Positions 57,501 through 64,000 of a DNA stretch of 64,000 nucleotides are shown here, piece by piece. A program made the translations under genes and the position numbers. The notes under the pieces are model-generated. The model was not told the DNA's origin. It did not search any database and was given only the letters and a program-made list of their open reading frames with translations. Origin of the DNA: a bacterium (GTDB lineage: Bacteria > UBA8248); contig CBDCRP010000002.1 of the NCBI GenBank assembly GCA_965221165.1, forward strand, positions 928,001 to 992,000. Direction: 5' to 3'. Numbering within the stretch: the stretch's first letter is position 1; each line of letters opens with the position of its first letter.

Positions 57501-59057
57501 CTATTCCCTCGTGCCCGCCCTTCCCGCGCGGCGCGGATCGCCAAAGGCGGTGAGGCGATTGCCATCCCCCACTTCCACGGCGTGCACGCCGCCGAAGAAA
57601 TGGTGCGGATACGCGCGGGGTGAAACCTTGAAACCGTTTTCCTGCGCGCACTCCAAAACCGCGTCTTCCACTGCATCCTCCACATGGAGGGAACCGACGT
57701 CCAGGTGCATGCGGGGGGCCTTCACCGCCTCTGCAAGCGGCATCTCCCGGTACAACAGATTCAGGAGGACCTGCGCCACCGCCGTGGGAATGCGGTAGGA
57801 ACCGGGACTGCCGACAGCCAGTCGCAATTTCTCCCCCTCGAAGACGAGGGTGGGGGCATAGCCCGCCATGGGGCGCCTGCCCGCGCCCAGGGAGTTTCCG
57901 CGCCCCGGACGGGGGTCCATCCAGTTCGTATGGTTGTTCAAAACGACCCCCGTGCCCTGAGGCACGACGGCCGAGCCCCACGCCATGCCCAAAGTCTGCG
58001 TATGGCAAACCACGTTGCCTTTGTCGTCCACTATCGTGAAATGGGTGGTGGAACCAGGCTCCGCGTCGTGGATGTGAACGCCGGGCGCTCGCTCCTCCGC
58101 TACCACGGCGGCGGCGTATTCCTTGCTCAAAAGACGCTCCACCGGCATGTCGTAATGGTAGGGGTCGCCATAGACCGAGAACCTGTCGCGAAACGCAGCG
58201 CGCATGGCGCGTGCGAAGGCCAGGCCGCGCGCGCTCTCATCCGCCGCATCCCATTCGGGCAGCAGGACTTCGAGGAAATTCAGTATCTGAATCAGGATAA
58301 GGCCCGAAGAAGGAGGCGGCGCCGTGAAGAAAAGATGGCCCCGATAACGCGAGGCGAGCGGCTCCATCCACCGCACCCGGTAGTCTTTCATATCAGAAGC
58401 ACCCAGATAACCACCGCCGCTTCTCACCTCTTCGGCGATGGCCTTTGAGAGCGCGCCTTCATAAAAAACGCCAACGCCTTTTTCTGATATCTCTTGAAGC
58501 GTTTTCGCCAAATCCGGCTGGCGCAAGCGCGCGCCCTCTGCAAGCGACGCGCCGTTTTCTGAGTGAATGCCCGCGAACTCCGGGTATTCTCCACAAAGAC
58601 TCTTGAAGCGCGGCTCCCCCTGCCGGCGGCAATAGAACCAGCCGACGGGAAAGCCCGCATCCGCCAGACGAATCGCGCTCTCGAACAAATCGCCCCAGGG
58701 CAGCCGCCCGTATTCGCCATGAATGGCTTCCAGCCCGCGCAACAATCCGGGAATCAGGATGGAGCGATGGCCCCGGCTGTGCGCATCGCCGGTGTGTTTT
58801 CCGTTTTCATCGCACTCGAAAATACCCGGTTCCATGCCGACGGGGCACTCGTTTCCGAAATCGATGAACCTCGCTTTTTTCTTACTCTCCCGCCAGAGGA
58901 GCGCCACGCCGCCGCCGCCCAGACCGGAATAGAAAGGCTCCGCCACGCCGAGGGCCAGGGACACGGCCACCGCCGCATCGCAGGCGTCTCCTCCTTCTTC
59001 CATGACGCGCAAACCCGCTTCCACCGCTTTTTCATGGGCCGCCGCTACGGCGAACAT
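57501..59057 (-). CDS. ggt: Gamma-glutamyltransferase family (no signal peptide)
   Basis: DAAVA, SGLGGG, QPDLAKTL, PPPSSG, TTHF nucleophile, GSPG, DPRR. Confidence 0.92.
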   Translation of the reverse strand: MFAVAAAHEKAVEAGLRVMEEGGDACDAAVAVSLALGVAEPFYSGLGGGGVALLWRESKKKARFIDFGNECPVGMEPGIFECDENGKHTGDAHSRGHRSILIPGLLRGLEAIHGEYGRLPWGDLFESAIRLADAGFPVGWFYCRRQGEPRFKSLCGEYPEFAGIHSENGASLAEGARLRQPDLAKTLQEISEKGVGVFYEGALSKAIAEEVRSGGGYLGASDMKDYRVRWMEPLASRYRGHLFFTAPPPSSGLILIQILNFLEVLLPEWDAADESARGLAFARAMRAAFRDRFSVYGDPYHYDMPVERLLSKEYAAAVVAEERAPGVHIHDAEPGSTTHFTIVDDKGNVVCHTQTLGMAWGSAVVPQGTGVVLNNHTNWMDPRPGRGNSLGAGRRPMAGYAPTLVFEGEKLRLAVGSPGSYRIPTAVAQVLLNLLYREMPLAEAVKAPRMHLDVGSLHVEDAVEDAVLECAQENGFKVSPRAYPHHFFGGVHAVEVGDGNRLTAFGDPRRAGRAGTRE

Positions 59058-59441
59058 ATGGCCTCCTCCCGTGTCTTCTCCATCATCAACTCCTGAGAAT
59101 CATAAGCACACCAAAGCCCCGAGACGCACTCCCCACTCGGGAACACCAAAAAGACATCCTCGTCCCGAAAGGATTGTCCCGCCCGATTACCGAAAACCAT
59201 GAGCGAAAAGGAAGAAAAAACATGTCTTTCGGGGGGCCTGAAAGACCCGACTGCCCTGCGCCCCGATAGCGAAACGTGAACGCCAGGCGCCGCTCTCAGT
59301 GAACGCAACATATTACATCATCGTGCTTTTCGGCCACTCACGATGGCGAACCTGCATTATTTGCTGTAATTTAAGCAGGTTCTCTTCGTAAATCGCAGAT
59401 TTTGATGCGTCGCCACTTTCCTCGAATTCTGGACCGCACCG

Positions 59442-60788
59442 ATGACAGACAAACCGCCAGATGGGGAAAATCCCGCCCTCACCGGGCCTGCCGAAAGGGA
59501 AAAAAAACCACTGCCCCCCCCCAATCGGCGTCCCCGGAAACGGCGCTTCACATTCTCTTTCGTAAAGAAATTCCTTCTTTTCCTGATCCTCGCCGTGGGC
59601 CTGTTCGCCGCCGCCGAGGGGGGATACTTCTGGTGGCAGCACTGGGAGCGATACGTCTCGACGGACAACGCCTATGTCAAGAGCACGTTGACGCCCGTGA
59701 GCGTCGAAATTCCGGGCGTGGTCAGAAAACTCATGGTCAAGGACAACCAGGCGGTCAGAAAAGGGGACCTCCTTCTCGTCCTCGACAAGCGGCGTCTCGA
59801 AGTGGCTCTCCAAAAAGCCAAGGCCGCCGTGGCCGTCGCCCGCGCGAGATATGAGGCGAGCAAGGTGTCCGTCACCCACTCCATGGGCCGCGCGAGCGGT
59901 CTTCAGCAGGAGGCAAGCGCCCGCCTGGAGACATTGAGGCGCACCCTCCGCTCTGCCCGCTCTCTGCTCGTTCAAAGAAAAAACGAAACGCGCGCCCAAG
60001 CGGCCACGGTGAACCAGGCGCGCGAGGACTGGAACAGAAAACAGCGTCTGCACGAGCAAAAAATCATCTCCGACGAAAACCTGGCGCTCGCTCGTGCTTC
60101 TTATGACGTCGGCAAGGCGAATTACGACGCCTCCCGGGCCGCGCTCAACGTGGAGGAAAACAAGGTTTCGGCGATCGTGAACCAGATCGAAGAAGCGCAG
60201 GCCGCCGTGGCGCTGGCCAAAAACGAAGACCGCTCCCGGCGCATGAAGAGCCATGACGCCGATTCCCTCAAGGCGGAACTCGAAGAAGCCCTGGCCACTT
60301 ACAGGGAAAAAGAGCTTCTCCTCTCCTACACCGAGATTCGCGCGCCCGTGTCCGGCTACGTGGAGAAATCCGTCGACCCGGGAACCTACGTGCAGCCCGG
60401 GCGTCCTTTGTTGCTTATCGTTCAACTCGACAAGGCATACATACGGGCGAATTTCAAAGAAATAAAACTCGAAGGCATCCACGTGGGCCAGCCCGTGGAA
60501 ATCGTTCTCGACGCCTACCCGAACAAATCGTTCAAGGGCCACGTCGAGAGTCTCTACTCGGGCACGGGAGAGACCTTCTCCCTCCTGCCGCCCGAGAACG
60601 CCACCGGCAACTGGGTGAAGGTCACCCGCCGCATTCCCGTGAAGATATTACTGGACGAAACGCCTCCCTCGAACTTCCCGCTTCTGGTCGGCATGTCCGC
60701 CTACGTGACCGTGGATACCAAAATACGGCGCGGCCCCCGCCTGCTGGCATACCCGATGAACAAAAAACCCAAAAACCAGAAACCTTGA
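59442..60788 (+). CDS. HlyD/EmrA membrane fusion protein
   Basis: TM helix, STDNAYV, coiled hairpin, IRAPVSG, ANFKE, LLPPENATGN. Confidence 0.94.
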   Translation: MTDKPPDGENPALTGPAEREKKPLPPPNRRPRKRRFTFSFVKKFLLFLILAVGLFAAAEGGYFWWQHWERYVSTDNAYVKSTLTPVSVEIPGVVRKLMVKDNQAVRKGDLLLVLDKRRLEVALQKAKAAVAVARARYEASKVSVTHSMGRASGLQQEASARLETLRRTLRSARSLLVQRKNETRAQAATVNQAREDWNRKQRLHEQKIISDENLALARASYDVGKANYDASRAALNVEENKVSAIVNQIEEAQAAVALAKNEDRSRRMKSHDADSLKAELEEALATYREKELLLSYTEIRAPVSGYVEKSVDPGTYVQPGRPLLLIVQLDKAYIRANFKEIKLEGIHVGQPVEIVLDAYPNKSFKGHVESLYSGTGETFSLLPPENATGNWVKVTRRIPVKILLDETPPSNFPLLVGMSAYVTVDTKIRRGPRLLAYPMNKKPKNQKP

Positions 60789-62368
60789 ACGAACAAACGA
60801 CTCCATCCGCTCCCCGAAGCGGGAGGGAAGCCACCTCGGATACGAGTTACCCGACCCCTTTCAACCGCGCGATGATAACGCTCGCCGTCGTATCGGCCGC
60901 GTTCATCTCCATAATGGACGTCAGCGTCGTCAACGTGGTGATGCCGCACATGCGCGGTTCTTTCAACGTCGACCTGTCCACCATCACCTGGGTAGCGACC
61001 ATCTACACCATCGCCCAGATCATCACGATCACCATGTCGGCCTGGTGGAGCACCTTTTTGGGGCGCAAGCGGTATTTCCTCATCTCCTTCGTCATCTTCA
61101 CCCTGGCGTCGATCATGGTCGGCACCTCGCAAACCTTCGCGCAGATGCTCACCTACCGCATCTTGCAAGGGCTGGGCGGCGGCGGGCTCATACCCGTGGC
61201 GCAGGCGATATTGCGCGAAACCTATCCGCCGGACAAACAAGGCTGGGCGATGGCCATGTTCGCGGCAGGCGTCGTAATCGCGCCCGCGATGGGGCCGGTG
61301 GTGGGCGGGTGGCTGACGGAGACGCTCAGCTGGCCCTGGGTTTTCTACATCAACGTGCCCGTCGCCGCCGTGGGAATCACCCTCGTCTCCGTCTACGTGT
61401 TCGACCCGCCCCACATGAAGCGCGGGATCAACAAGGTGGACTGGATGGGCATCATCCTGATCGGGGTCAGCCTCACCGCGCTCCAGGTCGTCCTCGAACG
61501 GGGACAGGACGAGGACTGGTTCGAGTCGAACTTCATCATTTTGATGACGATAGTCACCATCATCACCTTGACGGCGCTGGTCCTCTGGGAGCTCAGGACG
61601 GAAGAGCCCATCGTCGATTTCAGGGTTCTCAAAAACCTGAACCTCGGTTCATCGTGCTTCGTGGTCCTCATCTTCGGAATCGTGATGTTCGGAACCACCT
61701 TCATCCTGCCGCAATTTCTGCAAAACCTGCTCGACCACAGTCCGTATGAAACCGGCCTCGTCATGCTGCCAAGGGGTATCGCACTCTTTTGCATGATGCC
61801 CATCGTGGGGCACCTGTATAACCTGGTGGACTACAGGATATTGATGTGCGGCGGCGTCGCGCTGGCCATGACGTCGTTGTTTCTGATGTCGGGGCTCTCG
61901 TTGCAGACCGACTACTGGGACATGGTGTCGCGCCTCGTCATCCTGGGGTTCGGCATGCCCTTCGTCTTCGTCACCCTGACGACCGTCGCATTCAGCACCA
62001 CGGCGGTGACCGACATCAACTCCGCCACGAGCCTCTACAACCTGGCGCGCCGCCTGGGGGGCAACCTGGGGTTCGCCGTAATGGCGATACTACTCGAGCG
62101 GCGCACCGCTCTTCACCGCACGAACATGGTGGGACACATTACCGAGTCGAACGCCACCTTTCTTCACTACAAGGAGACGCTCTCGGAAATGCTCGTCCGC
62201 AAGCAAATCGACCCGCACACCGCGCAAACCAAGGCGATGGCCCTCATCGAGCAGACCATCGACAAACAATCCGCCATGCTCGCCTACAACGACATCTACT
62301 GGGTCATGGGGTGGTCTTTCGTATTCGTCGTCCCGTTTATTCTGGTGCTGAAAGTCAAGAAGGCGTGA
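60785..62368 (+). CDS. DHA2/EmrB MFS efflux permease
   Basis: DVSVVNV, RILQGLGGG, GPVVGGWL, WPWVFYINVP, RRLGG; 14-TM pattern. Confidence 0.94.
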   Translation: MNEQTTPSAPRSGREATSDTSYPTPFNRAMITLAVVSAAFISIMDVSVVNVVMPHMRGSFNVDLSTITWVATIYTIAQIITITMSAWWSTFLGRKRYFLISFVIFTLASIMVGTSQTFAQMLTYRILQGLGGGGLIPVAQAILRETYPPDKQGWAMAMFAAGVVIAPAMGPVVGGWLTETLSWPWVFYINVPVAAVGITLVSVYVFDPPHMKRGINKVDWMGIILIGVSLTALQVVLERGQDEDWFESNFIILMTIVTIITLTALVLWELRTEEPIVDFRVLKNLNLGSSCFVVLIFGIVMFGTTFILPQFLQNLLDHSPYETGLVMLPRGIALFCMMPIVGHLYNLVDYRILMCGGVALAMTSLFLMSGLSLQTDYWDMVSRLVILGFGMPFVFVTLTTVAFSTTAVTDINSATSLYNLARRLGGNLGFAVMAILLERRTALHRTNMVGHITESNATFLHYKETLSEMLVRKQIDPHTAQTKAMALIEQTIDKQSAMLAYNDIYWVMGWSFVFVVPFILVLKVKKA

Positions 62369-62475
62369 GTTCCAGACGGTTTCCCGGTAAGCGATGCGGA
62401 CGAAACGGCACTACCCCCAGAGAGAAGGTAATGTGCAAGCTCCGGGGAAGAAACGCCGTAAGGGAAAAAGGAGGG

Positions 62476-62574
62476 CTATCTCTTGGGGTAAATCCCGAAA
62501 GGATCCTTCAGAACTACCTTCCACACGACAATGAGTACGACCACGGCCACTACGATGAACGCAAGCGTTTGCAT
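62476..62574 (-). CDS. Putative 32-aa single-pass membrane peptide
   Basis: MQTLAFIVVAVVVLIVVWKVVLKDPFGIYPKR with GGAGAG about 11 nt upstream; below the ORF-track size cutoff. Confidence 0.55.
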   Translation of the reverse strand: MQTLAFIVVAVVVLIVVWKVVLKDPFGIYPKR

Positions 62575-62607
62575 ATGGAACCGACTCTCCCATGAATGCG
62601 CGAAAAC

Positions 62608-62684
62608 TGGTGGGCCGCCGGGGAATCGAACCCCGAACCCACGGATTAAGAGTCCGTTGCTCTGCCTAGTTGAGCTAGCGACCC
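62608..62684 (-). tRNA. tRNA-Lys(CTT)
   Basis: GGGTCGC-TAGCTCAACTAGGCAGAGC-A-ACGGA CT CTT AA TCCGT..GGTTCGATTCC..GCGGCCC-ACCA; CCA encoded. Confidence 0.96.
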
Positions 62685-62901
62685 GATATCTGAATTATTG
62701 CCGATCGGTTATCTTCAAACCCGAAGTTAGCACAGCGATCCTCATAACAAAACCGGCGCGGCCCATCAACTCTTGAACAACCTTGAGTGAACCCCGCTTT
62801 GCAGCCCTCCACGCGGCAACCTCCTCAGGGAGCATGAAACCGCAAATCCCGGGTTCGCGCGCGCACGGCCTGCGGCTTTCGTGCTTTTGGCGAACGACAG
62901 C

Positions 62902-63999
62902 CTATTTTTCCGGAATGAGGCCGCGCGGACTGAAGCGCAGAACCAGCAACAGGAGCACTCCCATGGTCATCAACCGCATGTGTGCCGCGCTTTCGAGCAG
63001 ATGGCGTCTTAAAGCGTTGTCTTCCGCCAAGCCGGAAGTGATCAGATCCATCAGCCACAGACCGATGGGTTCGGCCTCGACCCAGAAGAACCAGATCACG
63101 AAGCCACCCAGAACGGCGCCCCAGTTATTGCCCGACCCGCCGACGATGACCATCACCCAGATGGTGAAGGTGAAACGAAGCGGCTGGTAGGAGGCGGGCG
63201 TGAACTGCCCGTCCAGGGTGGTGAGCATGGCCCCGGCGACACCGACCACCGCCGAGCCCAGGACGAACACCTGGAGATGGCGGCTCGTGACGTCTTTTCC
63301 CATGGCGGAGGCGGTGAGTTCGTTGTCCCTGATGGCCCGCATCATCCTACCCCACGGCGAATGCAACGCCCGCTCGGAGAGCCACAACACCACGAGGAGA
63401 ACGATGGCGAACAGCCCCGCGTAGCACAATTTGACGAAGATCGAGGAAAACTCCACCGGCGAAACGCCCAGGCCGGCGGCCAGGTCCTGAAACCACAGAG
63501 CCTGCTGAAGGTCGACCTCATACGGCACGGGGCGGGGCAGACCGCTCACGTTTTTCACGCCACGGGTCAGCCAGTCCTCGTTCTTGAGGACGGCGATGAT
63601 GATCTCGGCAATACCCAGCGTGGCGATGGCCAGATAGTCGGCCCTCAATCCTAAAGTAATTTTTCCGAGCACCCAGGCGACGGCGGCGGCGAACAGGCCG
63701 CCTGCTATCCAGGATAAGAGGATGGGCAACCCGAGGCCGCCCAGGAAACCGGCTTTTATGGGGTCCACGGCCTCGATGGCTTCTACCGCAGGATAAAAAA
63801 CCGCGCGCGCGAGAAAATAGCCGAAGATGATGATGCAGGCGAGGACGAGCTTTCGCGGCGCTCCGGCAGGCGTGCGTCTGGCGGCGAAAATGGCGGCCAG
63901 AATCGTCGCCAAAGAGATGCCCAGGGCGACGATAATGCCGACGCCGCCTGCTTCCCAGGCCGTCGGGACGGGCGTCACGGAGATGAGAACCGCCGTCAC
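62902..63999 (-). CDS. livM: Branched-chain amino acid ABC permease (5' end outside the window)
   Basis: LRADYLAIATLG, SPWGRMMRAIRDNE, VIVGGSGN, PRGL. Confidence 0.9.
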   Translation of the reverse strand: MTAVLISVTPVPTAWEAGGVGIIVALGISLATILAAIFAARRTPAGAPRKLVLACIIIFGYFLARAVFYPAVEAIEAVDPIKAGFLGGLGLPILLSWIAGGLFAAAVAWVLGKITLGLRADYLAIATLGIAEIIIAVLKNEDWLTRGVKNVSGLPRPVPYEVDLQQALWFQDLAAGLGVSPVEFSSIFVKLCYAGLFAIVLLVVLWLSERALHSPWGRMMRAIRDNELTASAMGKDVTSRHLQVFVLGSAVVGVAGAMLTTLDGQFTPASYQPLRFTFTIWVMVIVGGSGNNWGAVLGGFVIWFFWVEAEPIGLWLMDLITSGLAEDNALRRHLLESAAHMRLMTMGVLLLLVLRFSPRGLIPEK

Positions 64000-64000
64000 C

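Noticed and set aside
59060-59440. Possible riboswitch in the ggt/emrA divergent region (GTCTTTC..GAAAGAC hairpin)
   Set aside because: No recognisable aptamer consensus; a single small hairpin only.
62608-62684. tRNA-Lys as an island integration site
   Set aside because: No integrase, and no duplicated tRNA 3' end found in the window by eye.

Overview
Bacterial chromosomal window, Gram-negative by inference (HlyD-type efflux pair, lytic transglycosylase), containing mostly housekeeping and catabolic genes: acnA, rlmN, nth, the folD-xseA-xseB-ispA-dxs-tlyA block, cysE-iscS-iscU, greA, hydantoinase A/B, maf, thiI, msrA, comM, ggt, an EmrAB-type pump and tRNA-Lys(CTT). No prophage, CRISPR array or integrase was seen. 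Highlights not evident from the ORF track: (1) selD is a selenoprotein gene with an in-frame UGA at codon 20 and a SECIS-like hairpin; (2) an unusual two-gene molybdoenzyme module, with a 4x[4Fe-4S] subunit fused N-terminally to a Mo-bisPGD catalytic subunit, next to a membrane protein with two H-x13-H pairs (putative di-heme b anchor); (3) two small paralogous membrane-anchored proteins, one carrying an expanded 21-bp repeat that encodes His/Met heptads; (4) a RAYT transposase with GTAG REPs inside and next to it, and a related REP cluster 57 kb away; (5) a MITE-like element with an internal four-way-junction repeat; (6) a 32-aa membrane peptide ORF just behind tRNA-Lys; (7) a lower-GC trough (about 8-24 kb) made of core genes. 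All functional calls come from motif recognition by eye; no database searches were run.
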